Shown piece after piece: positions 50,876 through 64,000 of a DNA stretch of 64,000 nucleotides. The DNA comes from Cycas panzhihuaensis (taxonomy: Eukaryota; Plantae; Cycadophyta): the NCBI GenBank assembly GCA_023213395.1, contig CM041465.1, positions 68,021,741 to 68,085,740 of the forward strand, in the 5' to 3' direction. The stretch's first letter is position 1; each line of letters starts with the position of its first letter. The notes beneath the pieces are model-generated. The model was not told the DNA's origin, searched no databases, and was given only the letters and a program-made list of their open reading frames with translations. Position numbers and translations under genes: made by a program.

Positions 50876-51073
50876 TAAATTCTTTTATCTTACCAAAAAA
50901 AAAAATGCTGAGTATGATGCATTAATAAAAAATTTCATATGGGACTTAGTCCCTATCCGTCATGGAAATAACTTAGTTAGATGTACATGGATTTAGAAGG
51001 TATAACTCAAAAGGTACCATTGAAAAATACAAAACTTTATTAGTAGAAAAGTGTTTTTCATAAGTTAATGGGA

Positions 51074-53877
51074 TTTTTTTTAGGTACAAGAAAGAATCTT
51101 GGGTATTCTACAGGATCCCATAACCTTTTACATCATGCTCCCTTTGATTCATAATGGCCATGATAAGCCCATGGCCTAGCGAAACCCTCCCATGCAGAAC
51201 CGTATCCCTGCCATGAATAGACCAATGGCTAGCTCTGTTACTTCACCCTATTTTCATCCTCCTCAACTAGTCTCTGTAATTCCTCTAGTATATCCTCTCT
51301 CCAAACACATACCCTTCTTTGAACTCCCTAGTTAGCCAATTTATCCATCACTATGTTCCTTTCTTTATAGATGTGTGTTAGATGGTGACTTTCCATACCT
51401 CTCAAAGCTTCATGAGTATCATTAATTATATCCTGATTTCTCTAATCTAGCCTCGATGTACCTTTAAGGAGGTTGATCACATTGAGTGAGTCCCCTTCTA
51501 AGATCATCCTATTGTGATCACTTGCTTAGCCAAGCAAACAACTCTCCTCATAGCTTCTATCTCTACCCCGTGGTTTGTCTGGTAGCCATAATACTTGACA
51601 AAAGCCCACAAAACATTGCCGTTAGAATCTATACAGATACCCCCCCTAGCTTCCCCTAGATTACCTTATGATGCCTCGTCAAAATTTAATTTCACCTAGG
51701 GTTCTTCTGGAGGAGTCCAAGCACAGCTTCTTTTCTGTTCCTTCTGAACCCTCGGAGTTGCCCCCCACTTTTTCAAAATAAGGCTTTCTCTCTACGATAC
51801 TCTTTTATCCTCTCTCAGCTTCATATTTTCCCCTATCTCAAAGGTAGTGATACTAAGGATTCTCATTTCATCCATCTGCTTATCTTGAAACACTCTTCTA
51901 TTCCTCTCCTTCCTAAGATTCCACATTATTAATGAAAGGGAGGCTCTCTAAATGCTAGATAAATAACTACTTTTGTACGGGCTATGCTAGGCAACCCATT
52001 GGTCTATCAACTTTTTTGATAGGACCTAGCTAACCTCAAAGAGGTCTATTATTAACCTCCATATCCCCTTAGCATAACTGCAATGTAGGAGAATGTGATT
52101 TATTAACTCCTCCTTGCAGTAACATAGAGCACACCTATTTATCATAACAAAACCTCTCTTCTTGAGGTTATCCATAATTAGAATTTTATTTTTTAAACAT
52201 GTCCACCAAAATACCCTAATATTGGGGATCATGTCTAATTTCCATACCCCTTCCAAAAGTAATGACTTCCTATCTTCCCTTTATAGGCACATGAAATGAT
52301 ATCCTTGTTTGACTGTATATTCCCCAAACTAGGAGTTAGGCTAAACCATAGAGTCAGCAACCCTACCCTTTGGGATATAGTACTTATGAACATCCTTGGT
52401 TAGGATGTCCAACTTCTCCTAGGCTACATCCTCCCCTTTGAGTTCCTCAAAGCTTTCCAATTTTTCTCCACTCCCTTCCCACACCAATAATCCTTTACGA
52501 GGGTCCCATATCTTCTCTCGCACAAGGGCTTCAGGGGTGCTACCTCCTCACTTCTACACAACTTCTCATTTCCACACCATACATCCTCCTAAAATTTTAT
52601 GGTTCTTCCATCTCCCAGCTTCCACTGAACACTAGCCTTTTACATACTTCTTGATTTAAGAATGCTCCTCCAAATGGCTGAACCACTAAAGGGAAGCAGG
52701 TTCTCCTCTAAAAGCTGCCCACCCTAGATATATTTATAAGAAAGAATCTTCCCCCATATGCCCCCTTCCTTATTTACCAATCACCAACCAAGTTTTGCCA
52801 CCAAAATATTGTTGAATAAATTCAGTCACCTCAAGTTAAGTCTCGCCACCTATTTTGGGCGACAAACCTTCTCCTAATTTATCAAATGAATCCTATCTAG
52901 CTCCTATGTCCCTGACCATAGAAATCTTTTTTGAATAGATTCTAACACTGATGATACCCTAGTCAATACTCTAAATAGCGATATCTAATAAACCAAAATA
53001 CTTTTCAGGGTTGTAGCTACTAATTGTAGTTTCCTAGCTTAACTAAGAAGAGCTCCTTTCTACTCGGCCAATTTCCTCTGAGTCCTGTCAATAAGAGGGT
53101 CCCACATTTCCTTTGTCATTCCTCCTACAAATAAAAGCATTCCTAGGTACATTTCTGGTAAGCTGTTTACTGCCATCTCAAGGTTTCTACTGATCCTTCA
53201 TTGAGCACTCTCTAGCATATTGATGAAAAACACACTGCTTTTGTTAAAATTTATCTTTTGATTTGTGGCTCACTCATACCTTTCCAAACCATCTTTTATA
53301 GTGTGAGCATCCCCCAATGCTGCCTTACCTAGAAATATATTATTGTCCATAAATTGATGATGAACCATATTATCAATACCTGAAGTAGTCTTTAAGCCTT
53401 TAATTGTCCCACGTCTCCTAGCCTCCTCAGTGGTCTTGCCCAACATTTCTGTCATTGAAAGAATCTTAAAGACTTATCGTTGATAATAATAGAAAATTAA
53501 GGATTAGAAATGCATATATTCGCCTATTCCCTCCATATATTTCCAAAGCCAAAAGCTTCCATGCACTCTATTAAGCAATCCCGTGAAACCCTGTCATAGG
53601 CTTTCAACATATCAATTTTAATTAGCATACCAGAATCCTTTCTTTGATTGGTTGAGTGAAGGGTTTCGTGGACTACTATTATACCATCCATTATTTATCT
53701 ACCTTACATAAATCTGTCCTGATTCTTAGAAATAATCCCAGTTAGGATCTTTTTTGATCTATTAGCCAGGACTTTTGTCAATATCTTATACTTGACATTG
53801 CAAAGGCTTATAGGTCGAAACTCTTCCATCCTACTTGCACCTTACTTCTTAGGTATCAACACTAAAAGGGTTGCTTG
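51074..53877 (-). mobile_element. L1 LINE copy e (RT to RNase H, poly(A)), cut by the copia LTR at 53878
   Basis: T8 at 51074-51081; VKLNFDEAS, ILEGDSLNV, FWWTCLKNKIL, RCALC, HQFMDN, RPISLCN. Confidence 0.88.
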
Positions 53878-56800
53878 TGAAGGAAAGATGGATCTAGGGA
53901 ATAAATCACTCACATGTGGACAATGGCAATGGAGAATGAAAAAGAGATAAAACAAGATATGAGAGTAAGCTTGGAGGTGAGAATGAATAATAACTCCCTC
54001 CTTGAGATTTTACCTTTTATTATTGAGGGTGAGCATTAGGGTTAGGATTTTCCCGCCTAATGACATGAGCTCGAAATTACATCTAAATACACATAAAGTA
54101 CATTTTATTAAGAGACTAATGCTAATAATATATCCTAAGGTCACATAATTAATCTACACAAATGACCTCAATACATTAACCTCTTTCAATTCCCCCCCCC
54201 CCTTAATGGTGGAAGGTCATTTTGAGAAAATCTATTCTATGAGGTCTTCATTTGAGTCTTATTATTACATTGAAATTCTAAATGACACTTTTGTGGGAAA
54301 ACCCTCATGAGGAATAAAAACCCACAAACTTTCTAAAATCTATAGCCCCTTTTATAAATCAAAATGGCTAAGATGGCTCTTTGATGTAGCTTGATAGCCT
54401 ACTAACTTAAATGTGCAGCTTAATCTGCTAAGTCTCCATATACCATTTGGTCATTCCCTATGCCCTTTTGGGTTTTCATAGGTTCTGATTTTCCAAAACT
54501 ACTACAACCCTTATCCTTCCGTACCCACATGGGATTTTCACAAACAGGATAGAGCATATTCTTGCTCTTATTCTTTCGCTCCCACAAGGGATTTTCACGA
54601 AGAGAATAGAGTATGATGATCCTGTTGCCATCTTCTTTTATCAATCGAAGATGGAGGCCCTAAGGCCGAGCTACCCTCAAAACTATTCAAAGTTCACCTT
54701 TTGCAGCTGTTTGGTGAAGATATCAGCCACTAGATCTGCTGTGGGGCAGTATTCCAGTTGAATTATACCACCATGAACAAGTTCTCTAATCCTCTGGACT
54801 TTTGTACTTATGTGTTTGGTACGATCGTAAAATACAGATTATAGATTACAGATTGATTATCCACATGAAGACTTGTAGGACTTATTTGGGTGATATTCAA
54901 TATTTCTAATAATTTTCTAAACCATGTCACCTCCTTACTAGTCTCAGAAGTAGCAATGTATTTAGTTCCGATAATTAAATCTGCAACTATCTTCTGCCGT
55001 CTAGATCTCTGTGATATTGGTGCTATTCCAAGAAATGTTACATACCTAGACGTAAATCTTCTTGTATCTTTATCTCCTATAAAGTCTGAGTTTGTATATG
55101 TAGAAAGTTTAAAGTCTGAATTAGATTCATATAATAGACTATATTTGTTGGTTGTCTTAAGGTATCTCAACACTCACACTACTACCTGTCAATGATTTTG
55201 CTTAGGATTTATTATGTAACGAGTAAGAATGCCGATAGAGTGTGTAATATCTGGCCTTGTATTGGTAGTGTAAATGAGACTACCTACAAGTTTCCTGTAG
55301 AGTGTTATGTCTGCCTCCCTAGTGTCACCTTCAACTAAGAGTTTGGTATTAGGGTCCATAGGTAAAATCATTGGTTGAACATCTTCTAACTAAAACTTGG
55401 TTAGAAGATCGTTGATGTATTTTTCTTGGGAGAGGAAAAATTTTCCATTATTTTGTGTTACTTTAATGCCCAAGTAATATTTTATCAAACCGAGGTCAGA
55501 TAATTTGAACGTTTTACTAAGGTACTTTTTCAGTTGGCTTATTACCTGTTCACTATTACCCATTACTAGCATGCCATCCATAAAGATTATGAGATAATTG
55601 ACTTTATCCTTATGGTGCTTGATGAATAATGTTGCATTAATATCTTGGTAGTCACAAACCTTGTATCCAAGTTGCCTCATTATTTCAGACAACTTGGCAA
55701 ACCAAGCATAAGGGGCTTGTTTAAGGCCGTACAAGGACTTTATGAGTCTACAAACCTTATGCTCTTGACCTTCAATCTCATCTCCTTCTAGCTAAGCCAT
55801 GTAAATTTATTCTTCAAGATCTCCATTGAAAAACACAGTCTTAATATCGAGTTGGTAGATTTTCTAACCCTGTTGAGTAGTCAAGGCCACAAGAGTTCTA
55901 ATTATAGGCCACTTGGTTGTAGGTACAAAGACTTCAGTGTAGTCAATGCCTTCCCTTTGTGTAAATCCTTTAGCTACTAACCTCGTCTTGTATTTTTCAA
56001 GGGTGTCATCTGATCTATATTTATTTTTGAACACCCATTTATTTTGAACTACCTTTCTGCCAAGTGGTAGATCAATGAGCTCTCATGTACCATTCTTGAT
56101 AAGAGATTGGTACTCTTCATTTTTGGCATTTCTCCAAGTTGTATGCTTTACAACTTCTTAGTATGTTAGGGGCTATTTATTAAGAGGAAGGTGCAGTTCT
56201 CCTGGTTCAAGCTTAGTATATAATGATTTATGCATCCTTGCTCTATGGGTACTTTGAGTGTCAGTTTTACCCACCTCATCTGGTCCTATGTCCTTATTGA
56301 GTTAGCGGGATTCTCGAGATCCTCGAGTTAGGAATAAAGTCCTCATTTCCTCAACTTCTCAGTTCTCATCTTGTTCATTAAAATAATTATTCTGTGAGGA
56401 GGATGTTGATGCAGTTGAGGAAGATGGTCCTTCTACTACTATTTTGCCTTTGTCGATTGAAGGTAGAGAGGATGGCTCTTCTATAATGACTTTGCCTTTG
56501 TCAACTTTGTTATCTTCAAAGGATGGTGTTGGATGTGTACTCATCGGTTTAGAGTCACAACTTGTATCCTTCGAGGCTCTATTATTAGCTTCCAATATTT
56601 TGAGTAATTTATGTCTGTCCCCCTCATCTCCCCTCCCCCTAAAATTTTAGAATCTAAACATCATACTTGATAACATGATTATAGCGACGTGAGGGTACTT
56701 TGGAGTCCATTTTAAGTAACTGATCCTCTATCTCCACAAAAATGACATCTCTTGTAATAATGAGTTTTCGTTGTGAAGGTATAAAGACCTTATACCCTTT

Positions 56801-57973
56801 CTTATCCATAGGGTATCTAACAAAGATGCCTTTAAGTGCCCTTGGTTGGAGTTTATTTTGATCAACATCTAGAATATGGGCATATCATGCAGAGCGAAAA
56901 ACTTTGAAGTAGTAAACAACGGGGGCCTGTCTTAACGACTTTTTATTAAGTACTTGTCCTTCCTTTGATGTGCTAACAACATTGATACAATAAATAATTG
57001 TTCAGATTGCTTTGACCTATAGGTAGGCAGATATATTTTTGTATACGAACATAGCCTGAGCCATGTTCATGATTGTCCTTTTCATGCACTCGGCAACTCT
57101 ATTTTGTTGTGGGGTACCTACTACTATTGTTTGATGCTTGATGTCATTATCTTGAAGGTAGCTTTCAAACTCATGTGAGTTATATTCACCACCATTATCA
57201 GTTTGAAGATATTTGAGTTAATAACTTGACTCTTTTTCAGTGAGGGCTTTGAATTCTTTGAATACACGGAAGGCTTCATCTTTCTTATGTAGAAAAGCTA
57301 CCCATACTTTTCTAGTGAAATCATCAATAAAAGAGATGTAATATAACTTACTCTTCAGTGAAGGAATGGGCACTGGTCTACACAGATCAGAGTGTACCAA
57401 TTGTAATAGATGGCTTGATTTTCACTGACTTTTAGTAAAGGGTTATTGATGCGATTTGGTAATGATATAAGCTTCATATTGAAAGGGCTTAGAGGAGAAC
57501 TTTTGAAGATTTAGAAGAGTGTTAGAAAGATCTCTAAGTCTATCAATATGAACATGGCCCATACGAGCATGCCAAAGAGCTTCTGGTGACAATATTAGAT
57601 GGGTCAAGATAGAATTAAATGCAAATTCTTCATTCGCACAAGGGCTTTGGGCATAATAGGCTTCAGAAGATGGAGAGTCATACAGTAAAGAGAGTTTGTT
57701 AGAGAGATGTCTAGTTAAGATCACTTGATTAGTTTGAGGGTGAATGACCTAGAGAGTCTGGTCATTTGCGATTACACTCAGATTAAATCCATGAGAGATA
57801 AGCGTAGATAAGGAGAGTAGGTTTTGTTTGAGATTGGGCATTTATAAGACTTAAGTAATATAAAATCTTTTAAGCCTGGGAGTTTCAAGTGAATATTACT
57901 AATTCCTTCAATAGGTTGCTATGATTTATCAGCCATGTGAGTAACTCCTTAAACATTTGAGTCAAATGTTTGA
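53878..57973 (-). mobile_element. Ty1/copia element (3' LTR, PPT, RH, RT, INT, part of PR), cut by L1-f
   Basis: LTR TGAAGG...CTTTCA at 53878-54188; G-run PPT at 54191-54202; LHVDNQS, YGLKQAPYAW, ISFIDDFTRKVW, LWHARMGH. Confidence 0.9.
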
Positions 57974-58149
57974 TTTTTTTTTTTTGATAAAGTTTAATTG
58001 ATGGGGGTTTTAAAGGGGCCCCAACCCCATTACATCATCTGCCAATCAGGCCTCAAAACCTATCGTGACAAGCCCATGACCTAGCTAATCCCTATCCCTA
58101 ATTATTCTATAAGCCCATCCATTCCATCGACAAGCCTAATGGATAGCTC

Positions 58150-61100
58150 AACAAGCCTACCTGGTATCCAAAGCTTCCAAATCCTTCCTAACCAGATCCT
58201 GAATCCCTTCAGGAATTAAGTCCTTCCAAAGTTCATATCTTTTAGTCTGCACTCCCTAATTGGCCAACCAGTCTGCGACCCCATTACCTTCTCTATATGT
58301 GTGGATCACTCGATAGTCACCTCTTCTTTTTAAAATCTCCCTAACATCATTTATCCAAGTTCTATATCTCCAGCTTGGGTCAGACTCCTCCTTAATTAAC
58401 TTTATTATGTTTAACGAGTCACCCTTAACTATGAACCTTTCATGGTCATCCTTTGAGATCAGATCCACCGCTTTACACATCGCTTCCAATTCTGTACAGT
58501 GATTAGTTTGGGAATTATAGTAATCTGCAAAGGCCCAAACAACTTTTCCTTCTGTATTCCTGCACACCCCACCTCCCCCTACTTCTCCAGGGTTACCTTT
58601 CACTGCTCCATCAAAATTGACTTTCAACCAACCTACAGGTGGAGGGATCCATCTGCTTTTCCTAATGGGTTTTGGTTTGACCTTAAGACTGATCCCCCAT
58701 TTTTCCAAAATCCTTCTTTCCTCAGGAAAGTCCAAGTTTTCCTCAACCTCCTTCAAGTTTTCTTTCAGAGCCCCAATAATAATTCTAAAAATTTTAGATT
58801 CATCCATACACTTGTCTTATAATATTGTTCTATTTCTTTCTTTCCACAAGTTCTATATTATTACTAGAACAGAAGCAGTCCATATTGTCTTCAGAACTCT
58901 ACCTCTAAAAGGGGAAGTCCAAGAACATGCTAGGTCTAATATCGATCCCGGGAGAACCCATTCCACCTCAAGGGCATTCCACGACAACTTCCAGATCCCC
59001 CTGGAATAGTTGTAATGAAGCAAGATGTGATCGATGGATTCTTCCTTCTCCTTACACAAAATACATCCGCTTGCCATGGTGAACCCTCTTTTCCTGAGGT
59101 TGTCTATTGTTAGAATTTTGCTTTTTAGGCACAACCACCAGAAAATAACAATCTTAAGGATTAATCCTAGATTCCAGACACCTCCAAGCACTTTATTATT
59201 ATTGAAACCTCTCTCTGAGAGCAAAAACATATAACCTGCCTTTACCGAATATTCTCTAGAAGGAGTCACAGGCCATACCATTACATCTTCCTTAGGGAAT
59301 TTGGGGATATAGCTTTTTGTAGTCTCAGATTTCAAAAGGAGGATGTGATCCTTATCTACAGAAGGAGGAAGGTCCTCAAAACTTCTCCATTTCTTTTCAA
59401 CCCATGATTCTCCAAATAATCTTTCACTTTCCTACCATAGACTCTTACGCAAATATTCTGGAGCATACCTAAGGAATGTCTTTCCTTTAGCTGAGGTCTA
59501 CCGCACCACACATCCTTCCAAAAGTTGATTCTCGATCCATTCCCCAAACTCCACTCAACACCTTCTAGCAACATCTTCCTCACATTTAAAAGGCTTCTCC
59601 ATATCTCAGAGCCCCCTTTCCCTGAGAGGTCATCCAACAAGTACTGCTTATTCCTGAAGTATTTCTAAGTTATGATTCTACACCACAATTTATTATCCCC
59701 CTTGGCTAAACTCCAGCCAAGTTTCGCTACTAGCGCTCTGTTAAAACAAGTTATATCTTTCACATTAAGGCCTCCAACCCGCTTAGGAAGACAAACTTTC
59801 TTCTAAGCAACTAAATGGATCCTATCCCTATCCTTTGAGCCTGACCATAGGAACCTTTTCTAGATGGACTCAAGATCACTAATGATCTTGGAAGGACATT
59901 TGAACATGGACATCATATACGTGGGAATACTCTGGAGGGAAGCGGTTAGCAGTTGTAGTTTTCTAGCTTGACTCAATAAAGCCCCCTTCCAGCCTGCCAT
60001 CTTCCTTTGCACGCGGTGTATAATAGGATTCCAAAGCTCCTTCTCCAACTTGCCCACAAAGAGGGGCATTCCAAGGTATAACGAGGGGAGTTTCCTTATA
60101 GGTATTTCCAAGATCTTGCTGATAATACCCTGAGTTCTGGCCAGGGTATTTAAGAAAAAGATGATGTTCTTATTGAGATTAATCTTCTGGTTAGTGGCCT
60201 CGTAAAACTTGATTAATACTTCTTTAATCACTTTGGCTTCCTCTATTAAAGTGTTAGCAAGTAATATATTATCGTCCATGAAGTGGCAGTTGACCACATT
60301 CTCAACCCTTGATGTGGGTTTTAATCCTTTTAACTTGCCTATACTTCTGGCATCTTCCATGACTCTCCACAATAACTCAACCATCATTACAAAAAGGTAT
60401 GGGGCTAACAGATCCCCTCGGTGCAAACTTCTAAATCCAGGGAAGAACGCTGCTAATGTGTCATTAACCAACACAGAGAACTTTGGGTTCCCAATACAAA
60501 TTTTTATCAAGTTCCCCATATATTCACTTAACCCAAAGGCTCATATGCATTCCATTAAGTAGTCCCATGAGACCCTATCATAGGCCTTAGAGAGATCAAT
60601 TTTCACAATCATGCCTGGTTCTTTTTTTGAAGACATTGAATGAATCATTTCATAGACCACAATTATACCATCCAAAATCTGCCTACCTGTGACAAAACCA
60701 TCTTGATTGGAGTCTATTATCAAAAGAACGATCCTTCTTATCCTTTTAGTTAAGATCTTTACTAATATCTTGTATTTTACATTGCAGAGACTTATCGGCT
60801 TAAAATCCTCCATCCTTTTAGCATCACTCTTCTTTGGGATTATGGATAAAAAAGTAGCTTGCCATTCCCCGCGAATCTTTCTATTCGTATAGAAGTCTGA
60901 AACAACCTTTAAGAGATCATCCTTGATAATTTCCCAAAATTCCTAGTAAAAAGCCAGCGGAAAACCATTTGGACCAGGAGCTTTTTCCTTCTTTATACTA
61001 AACACAGCGTTCCTTGTCTCCTCCATAGAGAAAGGGGCATCTAAAACTCTATTCCAGTCCTCCCCTACAATTCTAGGTATCATGTTTACCATATCTCTCC

Positions 61101-62358
61101 TAGTAGCAGAATCTATGCATCCAGGTTCATCATACAACTCCCTGAAGTAATCCACTACCACCTCCTTCATACTAGACTAATCATGAATTTCCTCACCTTC
61201 TTTATTTATCATCACTTTTATTTGGTTGCTCGTCCTATGTTTCAGGGTGGTCATATAAAAAAATTTTGTGTTTCTGTCGCCTTCTATCAGCCATAAAGCT
61301 CTTGATTTTTGTCTCTAGTGGATTTCTTCTTTTATCAAGATATCCTCCAACCTGGCAAGAAGACATCTCTCTTCTTGGCCAAGGGTGTTGGACCTACTAT
61401 TTTCCTGTATAACTACTTCTAGAATTTTCAACTCTTCCATGATCTTGTTTTTTGTTCTAAATATGTTTTAGAAGACATTTTTATTCCACTCTTTTACCTG
61501 GGTCTTCACCCATTTCAGCTTCTTTGAGAATCTAAGCATTGCACACCCTTCAACTGGGAGTTTCCACCATTCCACAATCAGGTCTTGAAGCCCTGGGTCC
61601 TTTGTCCACATCATCTCAAATTAAAAGGGGGTTCCCATATACTTCTTTTTGTCAGTAAAACTCAATAGTAGCAGGAAGTGATATGAGACTGATTTTGGTG
61701 TTGTTTCTAAGGATATGTTACTATATTGGCTGGCCCAAGTATAATTTATTAAGACTCTATCCAACCTAACCTGGATATGGTGCTCTCTAAGTCTTATATT
61801 TGACCAGGTATATTTCGGGCCTCTGAGAAGAATGTCCATCTCACCCCCCCTTTGCATGAACTCCCCCAAGTCGGCCATACTCCTGGTCCAAGCCCCCTGC
61901 CCACCTTTCTTTTCGTCGGGGGATAGGGCTGTATTCATATCTCCAGTTATCACCCAATGGCCCCTCCAGTCCTTATGAATCTCCAGCAACTTGTCCCACA
62001 GGAGCTTTCTACCATCTTGAGTTAGGGGCGCATAGATGTTCGTAACCAACCATTTTAGATTAGATTTTTTACTAGTTAACCAACTAGATAAATAGTGCTC
62101 CTCGGAAGTACAAAATCCTCCTTCCCAATTTCTAGGGTTCCATAAGATAGCTAGACCCCTCGATCCTCTGGTCCCATCTCTAACCACCATCCCTACACTC
62201 CTCTAGACCTTATTGATGACAGTATCCCTATTCCTTTCTTCAAGCTTAGTTTCCTGAAGGAGGATAATATCTAACTCATATCTAGAGAAATGTTCTCTAA
62301 CCATTCTATATTTTAAGGGGGCATTCATTCCTCTAATATTCCAAGAAGCCAAGTTCAT
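58150..62358 (-). pseudogene. L1-f ORF2 (EN-RT-zf-RNase H), multiple stops
   Basis: MNLASWNIRGMN, ILLQETK, GDMN, RLDRVL, KIDLSKAYDRV, FMDDN, WLKVNFDGAVKGNPG, HTYREGNGVADWLA; 3' end approximate. Confidence 0.92.
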
Positions 62359-62359
62359 G

Positions 62360-63763
62360 TTACCTCCACCTACTCCTTCCATCATCATCTTTATTCCTTA
62401 ATTTAGGCCCCTGCCCCCAATGTCTTTAAGAGTTCTCTAGCTCCCTTGATCTATTTGTGAGGCTGCCTCCCTTTCTCTCAATACTTTGGAGGATGGTCTG
62501 CCTGGCCTTTTTTCACTACCCAGGTCCAGAGCTTTTGACTGATCTGAGTCCTTTGGCTCCCTGACTTTCTAGATCTTCTCTTTCTTTCCTGGGTCCTCCT
62601 GAATAGGGTCAGTATCAACATGTATAACTGCCCTCACCCCTGTTGGACTTGCAATATCACCAAGCTCATTATCTTGGTCCTGAGTACTATCAAGCAGGGG
62701 GTTAATATTGCCCTTCTCCCTCCCTTCGATCTCTTCTTCTTCGAGGAGGGAATCTTCCTTCTCCAATTCTAGGTCTTTTGCAGCTTCTATTCGAGCTTCT
62801 CCTTCTATTTTCTTCACATTTTTTAATTCTTTATTCTTTCTCTAGTCGTTGGTCAGAGGTGTATCGGCCCTTCTTTCATCAACAGGATCTTGGGGTCTAA
62901 ACCCCTTACCCTCCATCTTTTCACCTTCTTTTAACTCTGCCGAATCCTTCTTAGGAATTCTAGGGCAACTTTTGGAGGAGATGTCCAATCCACTTGTATT
63001 CTAGACATCTAACATTTTCTATTTCAAATATCAACTTTTAGGATCTACACCAACCATCCCCTCTAATTTTCACCTTATTCACTAACCTGGGGTCCACCAT
63101 CCTACTCCTGTTCTTTGTAGCTAAGTCAACAGCCAAGAGGGGGCCTATAACCTTTTCCACTCCTTTAATGACATCCAGGTCCCAGGCTTGTAATGATAAA
63201 CCTGGTAGCTGAACCCAGAGTGGTGATTGTTTTACACACCCATTAGCCGGATCGAAATCTGGATGCCATTTTTCCAATAACACAGCTTTTCTTCCCATCA
63301 TCCAAGGGGATTTCAGTAAAACACTGATTATATCTTCTTTAATAGAGACATTGAATAAGACACAACCTTTCAAAAGTACTACAACCTCAACTGCACCTCT
63401 CAATTTCCATCTTTGGTTGACCTATTTCCTAATAGGGTCCACCACTGGCCTAGGCCCTGAAAAATGACCAACCAAACTATTTTCCCAGTGCTTTTCCATA
63501 CGATCAGAGAGCCTCTTGGGGATTGGGATTGTGAATGAGTCATCTTAAAGGATAGGATTAATGTCAAAGGTCTCGACGGACTCTGACTCTCCCTTTCTAA
63601 GAGATTCTAGATAGGATCTCCCTAGGTTGGGATTCTGGATCTGGTTACTTCCATTTGGGTTATGGGTCTGGACTTCTAGGTAGGATGTTCTTTCATTAGG
63701 GTTCAAGTTTTGGATTGATTCTATAGTTTCTGGTTTATCCATCTTTTGATTATTATTTGACAT
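62360..63763 (-). pseudogene. L1-f ORF1 (DUF4283-type)
   Basis: SPWMMGRKAVLLEKWHPDF...PLWVQLPGL; colinear with L1-a ORF1. Confidence 0.85.
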
Positions 63764-64000
63764 TTATACCTAGGAAAATAACATCAAACAGTTCCATCAA
63801 TATTTGAGCCAACAAATAAACTGTCACCTGGATCCGGCATGCCAAAGTTTTTGTCTCATCTCTTATGACTTTGAAGGGGAAGTCATCAACTTCTATCTTT
63901 GCCTCTAGCAGGTATTTGTCCTTCCCCAGTTTTCCTCTCTTCTGGATCTAGATTAAGTCCCTGCTTGTCCTGTAATGCTAGTCGCGTCGGTATAAAGTCT

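Larger units (their letters stand above)
44725..50902 (+). mobile_element. L1 LINE copy d, full-length with poly(A) and 19-bp TSD
   Basis: TSD AAATGCTGAGTATGATGCA at 44706-44724 and 50903-50921; A-tract from 50895; CpG-rich 5'UTR, ORF1 and ORF2. Confidence 0.95.
42500..51073 (+). mobile_element. Old Ty1/copia remnant (PR, INT, start of RT), interrupted by L1-d and L1-e
   Basis: KLWNEHFGH (~43450) and YFVTFIDDFSRKCW (~43700); the RT start VNAEYDA|LIKNFIWDLVP reads through the L1-d insertion site. Left boundary approximate. Confidence 0.8.
57974..64000 (-). mobile_element. L1 LINE copy f, near full-length (5'UTR runs out of the window)
   Basis: T12 at 57974-57985; ORF2 from 62358 with EN, RT, zf and RNase H; ORF1 from 63763. 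Confidence 0.93.

Noticed and set aside
1-64000. CRISPR arrays, rRNA, hammerhead ribozymes or prokaryotic systems
   Set aside because: No regularly spaced repeats, rRNA similarity or hammerhead core seen by eye; the content is eukaryotic retroelement DNA. An Rfam scan would be needed to exclude small RNAs.

Overview
Land-plant repeat DNA made almost entirely of nested retrotransposons; I could not support any host gene, rRNA or intact tRNA. The element mix and heavy C->T decay suggest a large, heavily methylated genome (a gymnosperm is an inference only). Contents: (i) six plant L1 LINE copies (DUF4283/zinc-knuckle ORF1; EN-RT-zf-archaeal-type RNase H ORF2), one full-length with a 19-bp TSD (44725-50902); (ii) four Ty1/copia elements, one Tork/Tnt1-like with both LTRs (32303-37649); (iii) an old gag-protease-only Ty3/gypsy element (18479-25242); (iv) two copies of a Tat-like Ty3/gypsy family (A: 1-4819; B: 10154-18276). 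Most interesting: the Tat-like family carries, downstream of integrase, an antisense intron-containing gene (plant-mobile-domain-like motif, acidic linker, coiled coil) with synonymous divergence between the two copies. In copy A this gene is followed by a sense RNase H fragment just before the PPT. Copy B has its internal region inverted relative to its LTR ends. Five divergent LINEs share a positionally fixed 3'UTR hairpin. All alignments and domain calls were made by eye; boundaries marked ~ are approximate.
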